Notes: a model not told the origin generated them from the letters alone. A stretch of 64,000 nt of DNA from Clostridia bacterium (GCA_017502305.1 JAFVVG010000043.1:47961-111960), one strand, 5' to 3'. Numbered from the stretch's first letter, positions 8,481-19,601 are shown. A program made the numbers and translations.

Positions 8481-9866
8481 ATGAGCCATACCTATGAGAA
8501 ACTTTCCAGCAACAAGGCCAAGCTGACCTTCGTTATCCCTGCCGAGCAGTTTGACGAGGCCATGCAGAAGGCTTATCTGAAGAACCGCAGCCGCATCAAC
8601 GTTCCCGGCTTCCGCAAGGGCAAGGCCCCCCGCAGCCTGATCGAGCGTATGTACGGCGAAGCCATTTTCTATGACGACGCTCTGGAGATGGTCTTCCCCG
8701 ACGCCTATGATGCCGCCATCGCTGAATATGACCTGAAGCCCGTGGATCGCCCCGAAGTGAACGTGGACGAGATCGGCGCCGGCCAGGACCTGAAGTTCAC
8801 CTGCGAGGTGTTCGTCCGCCCCGATGTGGAGCTGGGCCAGTACAAGGGCCTGGAAGTGGAAATCACCAAGCAGACCGTGACCGAAGAAGAGATCAACGCC
8901 CGCATCGAGCAGGACCGCCAGAAGGCTGCCCGCACCATCGACGTTGACGACCGCGCCGTGGAAGAGGGCGACACCGTGAACCTGGACTATGCAGGCAGCG
9001 TTGACGGCGTGGCCTTCGCTGGCGGCACCGCCCAGGGCCAGACCCTGACCATCGGCTCCCACCAGTTCATCCCCGGCTTCGAGGAGCAGATGGTAGGCAT
9101 GGCCATCGGTGAGGAGAAGGACCTGAACGTGACCTTCCCCGAGCAGTACCACTCCGAGGAGCTGGCTGGCAAGGCCGCCGTGTTCCACGTGAAGGTCAAC
9201 GGCATCCAGAAGACTGAGATGCCCGAGCTGGACGACGACTTCGCCGCCGACGTCAGCGATTTCGATACCTTCGAGGCCTACAAGGCCAACATCGTGAAGG
9301 AGCTGGAAGAGCGCGCCGAGAAGAATAACGACGTGACCTTCGAGAACGCTCTGGTGGAAAAGGCTGTCGAGAATGCCACCATCGACGTGCCCCACGCCAT
9401 GATTCACGAGCAGCTGCACTACATGATGCGCGAAATGGAAATGCGTATGGCTTACCAGGGCCTGCGCATGGAGGATTACCTCAAGTACACCGGCCAGACC
9501 ATGGAGCAGCTGGAAGGCGCTTACCACGGCGAGGCTGAAAAGCGCGTCCGCATCGAGCTGACCCTGGAAGCCATCCGCAAGGCTGAGGCCATCGAGCCCA
9601 CTGAGGATGAGATCAAGGTGCAGATCGAGGAGCAGGCCAAGCGCATGGGCCAGGAGGTTGAGGCCTTCGAGAAGTCCCTCACCGACGAGCAGCGCGCTTA
9701 CCTGGCTGATTCCGCCGCCGTGCAGAAGGTCGTTGACCTGCTGAAGGCTGAAGGCAAGGCTGTGGAAAAGAAGGAAGAGGCCGCCGAGGAGAAGCCCGCT
9801 CCCAAGAAGAAGGCTGCCCCCAGGAAAAAGAAGGCCGAGCCCAAGGCTGAGGAAGCCGCCGAGTAA
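8481..9866 (+). CDS. tig: Trigger factor
   Basis: MSHTYEKLSSNKAKLTFVI and the ribosome-binding signature VPGFRKGKAP, a central FKBP-like region, and an acidic/lysine-rich tail. ATG lies 10 nt after AGGAGGG. Confidence 0.9.
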   Translation: MSHTYEKLSSNKAKLTFVIPAEQFDEAMQKAYLKNRSRINVPGFRKGKAPRSLIERMYGEAIFYDDALEMVFPDAYDAAIAEYDLKPVDRPEVNVDEIGAGQDLKFTCEVFVRPDVELGQYKGLEVEITKQTVTEEEINARIEQDRQKAARTIDVDDRAVEEGDTVNLDYAGSVDGVAFAGGTAQGQTLTIGSHQFIPGFEEQMVGMAIGEEKDLNVTFPEQYHSEELAGKAAVFHVKVNGIQKTEMPELDDDFAADVSDFDTFEAYKANIVKELEERAEKNNDVTFENALVEKAVENATIDVPHAMIHEQLHYMMREMEMRMAYQGLRMEDYLKYTGQTMEQLEGAYHGEAEKRVRIELTLEAIRKAEAIEPTEDEIKVQIEEQAKRMGQEVEAFEKSLTDEQRAYLADSAAVQKVVDLLKAEGKAVEKKEEAAEEKPAPKKKAAPRKKKAEPKAEEAAE

Positions 9867-10024
9867 GGCAACTGAATAGGCAACGATTGCGCGGGAGGTG
9901 GCCTCATGCGGTATATCCGTTTGTGCTGCCTCCCGCGATTCAAATTTTCCGGTATGGCACGGCTGATCCCTGCATAGAATAGAAGGACGGCCTGTGCGGC
10001 AAACCAATGAGGAGGTATGACGCA

Positions 10025-10615
10025 ATGACGCTTGTACCCATGGTCGTGGAGCAGACCAACCGCGGTGAACGCTCCTATGACATCTACTCCCGCCTGCTGA
10101 AGGACCGCATTGTGTTCCTTTCCGGCGAGATTGAGGACAACATGGCCAACCTGGTGGTGGCGCAGCTGCTCTTCCTGGAAATGGAAGACCCCGACGCCGA
10201 CATCAGCCTGTATATCAACAGCCCCGGCGGCTCCGTTACCGCGGGCATGGCGATTTATGACACCATGCAGTACATCAAGCCCCAGGTGCGCACCGTTTGC
10301 GTGGGCATGGCGGCTTCCATGGGCGCTTTCCTGCTCATGGCCGGCGAAAAGGGCAAGCGCCTGGCGCTCCCCAACGCCGAGGTGATGATCCACCAGCCTC
10401 TGGGCGGCGCTCAGGGCCAGGCCACCGACGTGGCCATCCGTGCTGAGTGGCTGCTCAAAACCAAAACCAAGATGACCAAGATGATGGCTGAAATGACCGG
10501 CCAGGACATCGAAAAGGTCAAGGCTGACGTGGAGCGCGATTACTTCGTGGACGCCGAAGAAGCCCTCAACTACGGCATCATCGACGAAATCTATCAGCCG
10601 CGCCAGAGGGGCTAA
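10025..10615 (+). CDS. clpP: ATP-dependent Clp protease proteolytic subunit
   Basis: [26 protein letters not shown], Ser site GMAASMGA, His site MIHQPLGG. The TAA stop (10613-10615) sits in the loop of a repeat hairpin. Confidence 0.95.
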   Translation: MTLVPMVVEQTNRGERSYDIYSRLLKDRIVFLSGEIEDNMANLVVAQLLFLEMEDPDADISLYINSPGGSVTAGMAIYDTMQYIKPQVRTVCVGMAASMGAFLLMAGEKGKRLALPNAEVMIHQPLGGAQGQATDVAIRAEWLLKTKTKMTKMMAEMTGQDIEKVKADVERDYFVDAEEALNYGIIDEIYQPRQRG

Positions 10616-10793
10616 GCCCCTCTGGACTCCCCACCAAAGGGGCTCTGCCCCTTTGGAAACCCTGCATAAGGGCGCTGCCCTTAAGAATCCCGCCAAAGGC
10701 CTTTCAGCCCTCTGGACTCCCTTTTTTCGGGGATGCTGCGGGGAACATTTCAGAAGGGGTCACGGCGCGAATACGGTCGCGCCGCGACGCGGG
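10603..10793 (-). repeat. Mosaic hairpin-array repeat, copy A1 (inverted orientation)
   Basis: Four tandem GGGC-NNN-GCCC hairpins at 10603-10625, 10634-10656, 10667-10683 and 10693-10715. These are followed by the GC palindrome module GGGGTCACGGCGCG-aatacggt-CGCGCCGCGACGCGGG (10756-10793), which is the reverse complement of the module in copies B, C and D. Confidence 0.85.
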
Positions 10794-10864
10794 GGAGCAG
10801 CGGCTGTACATTAGTAACTTGATGGTAGTTGCTACGGGAAAGTAATCAAGTGACATCCTCAAAA

Positions 10865-10946
10865 AAGGGTGTCGAGAGGGCCGAAGGGCCCTTCGCGGGT
10901 TGTCAGGGCAGAGCCCTGACCGGGATCCTAAGGGCAGAGCCCTTAG
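10865..10946 (+). repeat. Mosaic hairpin-array repeat, copy A2 (core plus two hairpins)
   Basis: Core AAGGGTGTCGAGAGGGCCGAAGGGCCCTTCGCGGG (10865-10899) is identical to 51756-51790. It is followed by TCAGGGCAGAGCCCTGA and CTAAGGGCAGAGCCCTTAG. The last hairpin abuts the clpX RBS. Confidence 0.85.
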
Positions 10947-10956
10947 AGGAGGAACC

Positions 10957-12273
<1,317 letters not shown>

Positions 12274-12283
12274 TCATCAATCA

Positions 12284-12311
12284 AGCGACAGTCAAATGGC
12301 TGTCGCTTTTC
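12284..12311 (+). terminator. Rho-independent terminator after clpX
   Basis: AGCGACAG-tcaaatgg-CTGTCGCT followed by TTTT. Confidence 0.7.
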
Positions 12312-12370
12312 CATTTCTTTGCGTACATGAATGAAGCAGATTTGCCCATCCTATCCAGAGAAATGGAGGG

Positions 12371-14020
12371 ATGTTGGTGATCAATCTGGCGCTGATCCTG
12401 ATTCAGCTGGCGGTGACGCTGGTGGTGGGCGTCTATTTCTACAAACAGCTCAAGCAGCAGAAGCGGAATACCCCTGCCGTCCGGCGGGAGGGAACCAAGG
12501 AGATGGAGAAGCTGAACAAAATGCGCTCGGTACACCTTTCCGAGCCCCTGGCTGAACGGGTGAGGCCGGCGGAATTTGGCGATATCGTCGGCCAGGAGGA
12601 GGGCATCAAATCCCTGAAGGCCATATTGTGCGGCGCCAATCCCCAGCATGTGCTGATCTACGGCCCGCCCGGCATCGGCAAGACCTGCGCTGCCCGGCTG
12701 GTGCTGGAGGCGGCGAAGCAATCCAAAGGCACGCCCTTTGCGAAGGATGCGCCTTTCATTGAGATGGATGCCACCTGTGTTCGGTTCGACGAAAGAGCCA
12801 TCGCCGATCCCCTTATCGGCAGCGTGCACGATCCCATCTATCAGGGTGCCGGGCACCTGGGGGTGCAGGGGGTGCCCCAGCCCAAGCCCGGGGCGGTGAG
12901 CAAGGCCCATGGGGGTGTGCTCTTCCTGGACGAGATTGGCGAGCTGCATCCCATCCAGATGAACAAGCTATTGAAGGTGCTGGAGGACCGGAAGGTGATG
13001 TTCGAGTCCGCCTACTACACCCCGGAGGATAACGCTGTGCCCCGTTACATCCACGATGTGTTCAAGCGGGGCATGCCTGCGGACTTCCGGCTGGTGGGCG
13101 CTACCACCCGCAGCCCGGAGGAGATCTCCCCGGCGCTGCGCTCCAGGTGCATGGAGATTTTCTTCCGGGCGCTGACACCGGGGGAGATTGCTTCCATTGC
13201 CGCGGGGGCGGCGAAGCGAGCGGGATATGACATGGATGAAACGGAAGCGGAAACGATTGGCCGGTATGCCTCCTGCGGCCGCGACGCGGTGAACATTGTG
13301 CAGATGTGCGCCGGGCTGGCCCAGCTGGAGGAGCGCAAGCGCATCACCGCCGCCGATGTGAGCTGGGTGGTGCAATCCGGCCACTATGCTGTGCGCCCTG
13401 ACCAGCGGGCCGACCTGACGCCGCGGGTGGGAATGATCCATGGATTGGCGGTGTATGGCAGCCATCAGGGCGCGGTAATGGAGATCGAGGCTGTGTCCAC
13501 GCCGGGCACAGGGGAGGTTACGGTGACGGGCATTGTGGAGGAAGAGGAGATGGGGCAGGAGAGCCATCGCCTGCGGAGAAAATCGATGGTCTGGGCCTCG
13601 GCGGAGAATGTGAAGACCCTGCTGGCCGAGCTGGGTTTCCCCTTGGGGGCAAGGAACCTGCATATCAATTTCCCCGGCGGAGCGCCGGTGGACGGCCCCT
13701 CAGCCGGCGTGGCCATGGCGGTGGTAGCGGTGAGCGCCCTCACCGGGCAGAAGGTGGACGGAAGCTGCGCCGTGACAGGAGAGATATCGGTGCTGGGGCA
13801 GGTGAAGCCGGTGGGAGGCGTGCCGGAAAAGGTGGAAGCAGCCCGGCTGGCTGGCGTCCGCAAGGTGTTCATTCCGGCGGATAACGATATGGAAACGCTG
13901 CACGGAACGGGCATGGAGATCCGCTGCGTCGCATCGATCAGAGAGGTGCTGGAGGAAATCCTGCTGCCGGTGACGGTGGAGGAGCCTGTGATGGAGGAAT
14001 GCGTCCCTGCTTCCACATGA
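12371..14020 (+). CDS. lonB: Sporulation-type ATP-dependent protease LonB
   Basis: N-terminal TM helix (LVINLALILIQLAVTLVVGVYFY), Walker A GPPGIGKT, and Lon protease Ser site DGPSAGVAM. Sits between clpX and lon, as in Bacillus. Confidence 0.85.
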   Translation: MLVINLALILIQLAVTLVVGVYFYKQLKQQKRNTPAVRREGTKEMEKLNKMRSVHLSEPLAERVRPAEFGDIVGQEEGIKSLKAILCGANPQHVLIYGPPGIGKTCAARLVLEAAKQSKGTPFAKDAPFIEMDATCVRFDERAIADPLIGSVHDPIYQGAGHLGVQGVPQPKPGAVSKAHGGVLFLDEIGELHPIQMNKLLKVLEDRKVMFESAYYTPEDNAVPRYIHDVFKRGMPADFRLVGATTRSPEEISPALRSRCMEIFFRALTPGEIASIAAGAAKRAGYDMDETEAETIGRYASCGRDAVNIVQMCAGLAQLEERKRITAADVSWVVQSGHYAVRPDQRADLTPRVGMIHGLAVYGSHQGAVMEIEAVSTPGTGEVTVTGIVEEEEMGQESHRLRRKSMVWASAENVKTLLAELGFPLGARNLHINFPGGAPVDGPSAGVAMAVVAVSALTGQKVDGSCAVTGEISVLGQVKPVGGVPEKVEAARLAGVRKVFIPADNDMETLHGTGMEIRCVASIREVLEEILLPVTVEEPVMEECVPAST

Positions 14021-14027
14021 CAGGGCC

Positions 14028-14056
14028 TTGCAAAATAGAAGAAATACGGGTATACT
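14028..14056 (+). promoter_or_regulatory. Sigma-A type promoter for lon
   Basis: TTGCAA (14028-14033), 17 nt, TATACT (14051-14056). Confidence 0.55.
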
Positions 14057-14128
14057 GGTATTTGTCGGAATTTGCGTATCCGGCGAAGTATGTTGTTTGA
14101 TGCCGATGGCATTTATCAGGAGGACATT

Positions 14129-16483
14129 ATGCCAGCAAGAAAAAAGACGATCTCTCTGCCTGTGCTGGCCCTGCGGGGGCTGATGGTTTTCCCCCACATG
14201 GTGCTGCACTTTGACGTGGGCAGGGATAAATCCGTGGCGGCGTTGGAGCAGGCCATGATGGAGGGTCAGCGGATCTTCCTGGTGGCCCAGCGTGATGCCG
14301 AGGTGGAGGATCCCGGCGTGGCGGAACTGTGCCGGGTTGGCACGATCGCCGCCATCAAGCAGGTGATGAACCTGCCCGGTGATAACCTGCGCGTGTTGGT
14401 GGAGGGCGAAAAGCGAGGCGTTTTGCAGTCCATCACCCAGGAGGAACCCTACCTGCAGGGAACCATCCGCCCCGACGAATGCAAGTTCGACGGCGATGAG
14501 GTGGAGATGCAGGCCCTGGTGCGGGCCACCCAGGAGTTCTTTGAGACCTATGCCAAGACCAGCCTGCGGGTGAGCCCGGAGACTGTGGCTTCCGTGAAGG
14601 ATGTGGACGCGCCCGACCAGATCGCGGATATCATTGCCGCCAATATCCTGACCCGCATGGAGGATAGACAGCAGATCCTGGAGGAGCTGGATGTGAAGCG
14701 CCGCCTGGAGACCCTTTGCGGCATTCTGGCACGGGAAACCGAGCTGGCCGGCGTGGAAAAGCAGGTGCAGGCCCGCATCAAGAAGCAGATCGAGAAGAAT
14801 CAGAAGGACTATTACCTGCGGGAACAGATCAAGGCCATCCAGACGGAGCTGGGCGATACCGAAGCCACCGATACCGACGACCTTCGTGAGCGCATGGAGC
14901 GCACCCCCCTGAACGAAGAGGCCCGGCAGAAGTGCGAGAAGGAGCTGGAACGCCTGGCGCGGATGGCTCCCGGCACGCCGGAGGTGGGGGTGAGCCGCAC
15001 CTATATCGAGTGGATTCTCGACCTGCCCTGGGGCCAGACCACCGCTGACAATCTTGACCTGAAGCGTGCCCGCAAGGTGCTGGCCCAGGACCACTACGGC
15101 CTGGAGAAGGTTAAGGAGCGCATTGTGGAATACCTGGCTGTTCTGCGCATGAAGCAGGACATGAAGGGCCCCATCCTGTGCTTTGTGGGCCCTCCCGGCG
15201 TGGGCAAAACCTCCATTGTCCGTGCCATCGCCAAGGCTGTGGGCCGCAAGTTTGTGCAGATGAGCCTGGGCGGCGTGCGGGACGAGGCGGAGATCCGCGG
15301 CCATCGCCGGACGTACATCGGTGCCATCCCCGGCCGGATCATCGCGGGAATCAAGCAGGCGGGCACCATGAACCCGGTGTTCCTGTTCGACGAGATCGAC
15401 AAGATGAGCCACGACATGCGGGGCGACCCTGCCAGCGCTCTGCTGGAGGTGCTGGACGCCGAGCAGAACGAGAACTTCCGCGACCACTACATGGAGCTGC
15501 CCTTTGATTTAAGCAAGGTGATGTTCATCACCACCGCCAACTCGGTGGATACGATCCCCGGGCCGCTGCTGGACCGCATGGAAATCATCGAGGTGCCCTC
15601 CTACACCGAGGAGGAGAAGCTGCAAATCGCCAAGCGTCACCTGCTGCCCAAGCAGATCGAAGCCCATGGCCTGCAGCCCAAGACGGTGAAAATGACCGAC
15701 AAGGTGCTGCGCAGCCTTATCGAGGGTTATACCCGGGAGGCAGGTGTGCGCACCCTGGAACGCAACGTGGCCAAGGTGGTGCGCAAGGCTGCCGTAACCA
15801 TGCTGGATACCGACGTGACGGAAGTTACCATCACCCCGGCAAAGCTGAAGGAATACCTGGGCGCTGCCCGCTACACCCGTGAAATGCCTGAGAAGGAGCC
15901 CCGCGTCGGCGTGGTGAATGGCCTTGCGTATACCACCGTGGGCGGCGAAACCCTGGAGGTTGAATGCGCCGTGATGCCTGGCAAGGGCAGCCTGCAGCTC
16001 ACCGGCCAGCTGGGCGACGTGATGAAGGAATCTGCCGAGGCGGCCTTCACCTGGGTTCGCGCCCACAGCGCGGAACTGGGCCTGAAGGATGATTTCTACA
16101 AGGATAAGGACATCCACGTGCATGTGCCGGAAGGCGCTGTGCCCAAGGACGGCCCCTCTGCCGGTGTGACCATGGTGACGGCCCTGACCAGCGTACTCAC
16201 GGGCATCCCTGTGCGGCAGGACGTGGCCATGACGGGCGAAATCACCCTGCGGGGCCGTGTGCTGCCCATTGGCGGCCTGAAGGAAAAGACCCTGGCGGCC
16301 TACCGTGCCGGCATCAAAACGCTTTTGATCCCCAAGGAGAACGTGAAGGACCTGGAGGAGATCCCGCCCCATGTGCTGAGCCAGTTCCGTGTGGTGGCGG
16401 CGGAGAAGATCGACGATGTACTGACGACGGCCCTGGTGACTGTGCCGGGCAAGGAGAAGAACAGTGGAAATCAAGACGGCTGA
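14129..16483 (+). CDS. lon: ATP-dependent protease Lon (LonA)
   Basis: LON N-domain ([16 protein letters not shown]), Walker [10 protein letters not shown], and catalytic DGPSAGVTM with K in GGLKEK. ATG lies 6 nt after AGGAGG. Confidence 0.95.
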   Translation: MPARKKTISLPVLALRGLMVFPHMVLHFDVGRDKSVAALEQAMMEGQRIFLVAQRDAEVEDPGVAELCRVGTIAAIKQVMNLPGDNLRVLVEGEKRGVLQSITQEEPYLQGTIRPDECKFDGDEVEMQALVRATQEFFETYAKTSLRVSPETVASVKDVDAPDQIADIIAANILTRMEDRQQILEELDVKRRLETLCGILARETELAGVEKQVQARIKKQIEKNQKDYYLREQIKAIQTELGDTEATDTDDLRERMERTPLNEEARQKCEKELERLARMAPGTPEVGVSRTYIEWILDLPWGQTTADNLDLKRARKVLAQDHYGLEKVKERIVEYLAVLRMKQDMKGPILCFVGPPGVGKTSIVRAIAKAVGRKFVQMSLGGVRDEAEIRGHRRTYIGAIPGRIIAGIKQAGTMNPVFLFDEIDKMSHDMRGDPASALLEVLDAEQNENFRDHYMELPFDLSKVMFITTANSVDTIPGPLLDRMEIIEVPSYTEEEKLQIAKRHLLPKQIEAHGLQPKTVKMTDKVLRSLIEGYTREAGVRTLERNVAKVVRKAAVTMLDTDVTEVTITPAKLKEYLGAARYTREMPEKEPRVGVVNGLAYTTVGGETLEVECAVMPGKGSLQLTGQLGDVMKESAEAAFTWVRAHSAELGLKDDFYKDKDIHVHVPEGAVPKDGPSAGVTMVTALTSVLTGIPVRQDVAMTGEITLRGRVLPIGGLKEKTLAAYRAGIKTLLIPKENVKDLEEIPPHVLSQFRVVAAEKIDDVLTTALVTVPGKEKNSGNQDG

Positions 16484-17090
16484 TTTTATTACATCCATGG
16501 CCCAATACGGTGAGTTTCAGGGCAAGGGCCTGCCCCAGGTGGCGGTGGCCGGCAAGAGCAATGTGGGCAAGAGCAGCCTCATCAACAAGCTGTGCCGCCG
16601 CAACAAGCTGGCCCGTACCTCCGCCACCCCCGGCAAGACACGGCTGATCAACGTATTCCTGCTGAACCAGTATTTCCACCTGATCGACCTGCCGGGCTAT
16701 GGCTTCGCCAAGGTGGACAAAAAAGAAAAGGCCCGCTGGGGCCAGATGATGCAGGACTACTTCGAGCAGGCGGAGGAGTTGCGCCACGTGCTGTGCCTGG
16801 TGGACATCCGCCACGAGCCCACCGAGGACGACAAGCAGATGAACCTGTTCCTGCGGCAGATGGGCGTCCCCTTCACGGTGATCGCCACCAAGGCGGATAA
16901 GATCAGCCGTGGCGCGCGACAGAAGCAGCTGGCTCCCATTTGCCGGGCGCTGCTGGTGCAGCCCTGGGAGATCATCTGCTTCTCCTCGGAGGACGGTACA
17001 GGCCGTGATCAGCTGCTGGAACTGCTGGAAAAAGTCACCGCCGAACCTGCCGGGGATGAAGAGCATACCATGGAGCAGCCCGGGGAATAA
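16464..17090 (+). CDS. engB: Ribosome-biogenesis GTPase EngB/YsxC
   Basis: G1 motif GKSNVGKSSLIN and DLPGYGF. GTG start after AAGGAG. Overlaps the lon stop by 20 nt. Confidence 0.9.
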   Translation: MEIKTADFITSMAQYGEFQGKGLPQVAVAGKSNVGKSSLINKLCRRNKLARTSATPGKTRLINVFLLNQYFHLIDLPGYGFAKVDKKEKARWGQMMQDYFEQAEELRHVLCLVDIRHEPTEDDKQMNLFLRQMGVPFTVIATKADKISRGARQKQLAPICRALLVQPWEIICFSSEDGTGRDQLLELLEKVTAEPAGDEEHTMEQPGE

Positions 17091-17185
17091 CATCGGGCCC
17101 ATGGAGGTGCTTGACATGACACAGCATACATACACGCACCGCCCCGCCATGGCGCTGCACGAAGCCGCCATGCTGAAAGCGGAAG

Positions 17186-17217
17186 AAAAATGCCATCCAA
17201 TAAAGGATGGCATTTTT
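17186..17217. terminator. Bidirectional terminator after engB
   Basis: AAAAATGCCATCC-aataaa-GGATGGCATTTTT. Confidence 0.8.
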
Positions 17218-17460
17218 GAATGCGAAGCAAAGACGGCGCGCCACATCGCGCCCCGTCTCCAATTGCCGCTCGCCCGCGTCGCGGCGCGCCCGTCGCGCGC
17301 CGTGACCCCTGCTTATATCCCACATGTATGACACACGTAAAGGGTGTCGAGAGGGCCGAATGGCCCTTCGCGGGATTCTTAAGGGCAGAGCCCTTAAGCG
17401 GGATCCCCAAGGGTAGCGCCCTTGGGCAGGGGAGTCCAGAGGGGACAGCGTCCCCTCTGG
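17218..17460 (+). repeat. Mosaic hairpin-array repeat, copy B
   Basis: GC module at 17273-17309 and core at 17340-17374 (one mismatch). Hairpins are CTTAAGGGCAGAGCCCTTAAG (17378-17398), CCAAGGGTAGCGCCCTTGG (17407-17425) and CCAGAGGGGACAGCGTCCCCTCTGG (17436-17460). The array ends 1 nt before the CAP-gene stop. Confidence 0.85.
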
Positions 17461-18225
17461 TTACCGGGCAAAGATCTGGGTGAGGTAGATGTAGCCCTGG
17501 GCGTCGTAGGCGATGCCGATGCCGGCTTTGGTCCAGGCGGTGGAGAGAATGTTGCGGCGGTGGTCTTCCGAGGACATGAAGGCGGCCTGCGCCTTGGTCA
17601 CGTTGGCGTGGTGGGCGATGTTCTCGCCGGCGCCGGCAAAGCTGTAGCCGAAACGGCGGAGCATATCGCGGACGTTGCCGTAGGTGGGGGACTCGTGGGC
17701 GAAATAACGGTTGTCGCGCATGTCCTGAGATTTGATGCGGGCAATGCGGGAAAGCTCGGGATCGAGGGTCAGGGCAGGGAGCCCGTTGGCGATTCTGTCG
17801 TTGCTTAGCAAATTCCATGCAGTTTGCTCTTGCGCTGTGATGGAATTAGTAGTATAATCATCACCCGATGAAGGAGCTTTTGTCGCTGTGGGTTTCACGG
17901 TGGGTTTGGCCGTGGGAATCGCCGTGGGTTTTGCTGTTGCCTGGGGTTTCTGGGTGGGAGCGATGGTCGCGGTGGGGGCGGCAGTTGCCACGGGAGTGGT
18001 AACAGCAGGCTCTTTTGTGGGGGTGGAAGGCCTGTTTGGCCATGTAGGCTGCTGATTTTCGTTGATTTCAGGGGTCGAAGTGGGAGAAACGGGTGTTTCG
18101 CAATTTGTTTGCTGACGGTACGGCCAGCCCCTGAACCCGAACTGGGAAGCGGGTGCTTCTGCCTGAGCAGAGGCGCTGAAAACCAGCGCGGCGGTCAGAA
18201 TGGTGCTTGCGTATCTCTTGAACAT
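17461..18225 (-). CDS. Secreted CAP/SCP (YkwD-like) domain protein with Pro/Thr-rich linker
   Basis: Signal peptide MFKRYASTILTAALVFSASAQA, a PT-rich linker, and a C-terminal CAP domain (SQDMRDNRYFAHESP...GENIAHH...HRRNIL). Confidence 0.8.
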   Translation of the reverse strand: MFKRYASTILTAALVFSASAQAEAPASQFGFRGWPYRQQTNCETPVSPTSTPEINENQQPTWPNRPSTPTKEPAVTTPVATAAPTATIAPTQKPQATAKPTAIPTAKPTVKPTATKAPSSGDDYTTNSITAQEQTAWNLLSNDRIANGLPALTLDPELSRIARIKSQDMRDNRYFAHESPTYGNVRDMLRRFGYSFAGAGENIAHHANVTKAQAAFMSSEDHRRNILSTAWTKAGIGIAYDAQGYIYLTQIFAR

Positions 18226-18393
18226 ATTGTTCACCTCCGTAAAAGTTACGATTCTGTGAAGAATCATGACGAAAGTTTAATACCCAAGAGTGCCAAGGTC
18301 AAGTATAATGGCAATGGCTTTCCAAGGGAAAGAATGCCAGGCTTTTTGCCGGATGCAAATCCGAACAAACATAAATTGAGGAGGAATCCCCGA

Positions 18394-18804
18394 ATGAAGT
18401 TGTCCAAGTGCCCCCGTTGCGATCTGAACTACATTACCGAAACTGAAAAGTACTGCAAGGTATGCCTGCGGGAAATGAAGGGCGACGCCCCGAAGGAAGA
18501 GATAGAGCTGTGCAGCGTGTGCAACGAGACGCCTGCCCTGCCCGGCCGGGATGTGTGCGTGTTCTGCCTGAAGGAAATGAACAACGATAATGTGCACAGC
18601 GACGATCAGCAGGACGGCGAGGAGACGGTGGACGCTTCCACCATCGGTGGCATGGATTCCGTGAGCACGATGGACGAGATCATCCCCGAGATTGATGAGG
18701 ATATCCCCAGCCAGGAGTTCGGCGAGATTGAAAGCGAGCTGAGCCTGGAAAGCGTGCGCGAGGAAGAGGACCGGGACGACGACGAGGACGAGGACGACCG
18801 CTGA
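18394..18804 (+). CDS. Hypothetical double zinc-ribbon protein with strongly acidic C-terminal tail
   Basis: 136 aa. ATG lies 8 nt after GAGGAGG. Four CxxC pairs (CPRC, CKVC, CSVC, CVFC). The tail is EIDEDIPSQEFGEIESELSLESVREEEDRDDDEDEDDR. The upstream part of the track ORF overlaps the CAP gene. Confidence 0.6.
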   Translation: MKLSKCPRCDLNYITETEKYCKVCLREMKGDAPKEEIELCSVCNETPALPGRDVCVFCLKEMNNDNVHSDDQQDGEETVDASTIGGMDSVSTMDEIIPEIDEDIPSQEFGEIESELSLESVREEEDRDDDEDEDDR

Positions 18805-18830
18805 GCGGCGCGCCTGGGAAGGAAGAACCC

Positions 18831-19532
18831 ATGAAACTGTTTGCCATCGGCGATCTGCACCTGCCCGGCGGCGATGACAAGCCCATGGATGTTTTCGGCC
18901 AGCACTGGGAAGGCCACTTTGAGCGTATCAGCCAGGACTGGCGGGAGCGTGTGTCCCGGGAGGACGTGGTGCTGATTCCGGGAGATATCTCCTGGGCCAT
19001 GCAGCTGGATAACGCCAGGCCGGACCTGATGGCCATCAATGAGCTGCCGGGGCGGAAGATCATCATCAAGGGGAACCACGACTATTGGTGGAATACCCTT
19101 TCCCAGGTAAAAAGCGCCCTGCCTCAGGGCATGGAAGCATTGCAGCACAACGCCATCGATGTGGGATGCTGCGTGGTGTGCGGCACCAGGGGCTGGACCA
19201 TCCCCACCAAGGACACGCCGCTGCCCCCCGCGGATGTGAAGATCTACAACCGGGAGCTGATCCGGCTGGAGCTGGCCTTGCAGGCTGGCATGAAGCTCAA
19301 GGGCGACAACCCCCTGGTGGTGATGATGCACTATCCGCCGTTGTATGACCTGGAGCGGGAAACGGAATTCACGGCCCTGCTGGAGAAGTATCCGGTGCAT
19401 ACGGTGGTGTATGGCCACCTGCATGGCGCCGGACTGAAGGTGAATTTCTGCGGCGAGGAGCGGGGGATCCGCTATCAATTGGTGAGCTGCGACGGCCTGG
19501 ACTTCCGTTTGGCGGAGATCCCGCTGGATTGA
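18831..19532 (+). CDS. Metallophosphoesterase
   Basis: MKLFAIGDLHLPGG, GDISWA and GNHDYWW are calcineurin-like phosphoesterase motifs. Confidence 0.8.
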   Translation: MKLFAIGDLHLPGGDDKPMDVFGQHWEGHFERISQDWRERVSREDVVLIPGDISWAMQLDNARPDLMAINELPGRKIIIKGNHDYWWNTLSQVKSALPQGMEALQHNAIDVGCCVVCGTRGWTIPTKDTPLPPADVKIYNRELIRLELALQAGMKLKGDNPLVVMMHYPPLYDLERETEFTALLEKYPVHTVVYGHLHGAGLKVNFCGEERGIRYQLVSCDGLDFRLAEIPLD

Positions 19533-19601
19533 TGAAAATATATTCCTAAAAAAATCTTATATCTTTGTTACAAAAACAAGGACGAGATTGTCATAAAGTT
19601 G

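Noticed and set aside
9891-9950. Terminator or attenuator after tig (GCGGGAGG...CCTCCCGC with a 30-nt loop followed by ATTCAAATTTT).
   Set aside because: The stem is short relative to a very large loop and the U-tract is interrupted. It is plausible but not supportable without folding energies or 3-prime end data.
10603-10946. Possible CRISPR array, because of tandem short palindromic units.
   Set aside because: The units have different sequences and lengths, and are separated by 7-10 nt linkers rather than spacers of about 30 nt. There are only 2-4 units per locus, and no cas genes or leader are present.
12312-12370. Forespore-type (sigma-F/G) promoter upstream of lonB, based on CATCCTA resembling the CATnnTA -10 element.
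   Set aside because: No convincing -35 element lies at the proper spacing. The heptamer match alone is too weak to call.
17116-17331. 72-aa ORF with a decent RBS (GGAGGT, 8 nt, ATG) after engB.
   Set aside because: It reads through the strong 17186-17217 terminator and into the repeat element. It has no recognisable features and most likely arises by chance.
18109-18393. Upstream extension of the zinc-ribbon ORF (track start 18109), and similar upstream extensions at 58831 (DUF1540), 30894 (ftsA), 14072 (lon), 8454 (tig) and 61778 (gerC-type).
   Set aside because: The extensions overlap neighbouring genes or promoter regions and lack RBSs. Internal ATG or GTG codons with good Shine-Dalgarno spacing coincide with the start of homology to the respective families.
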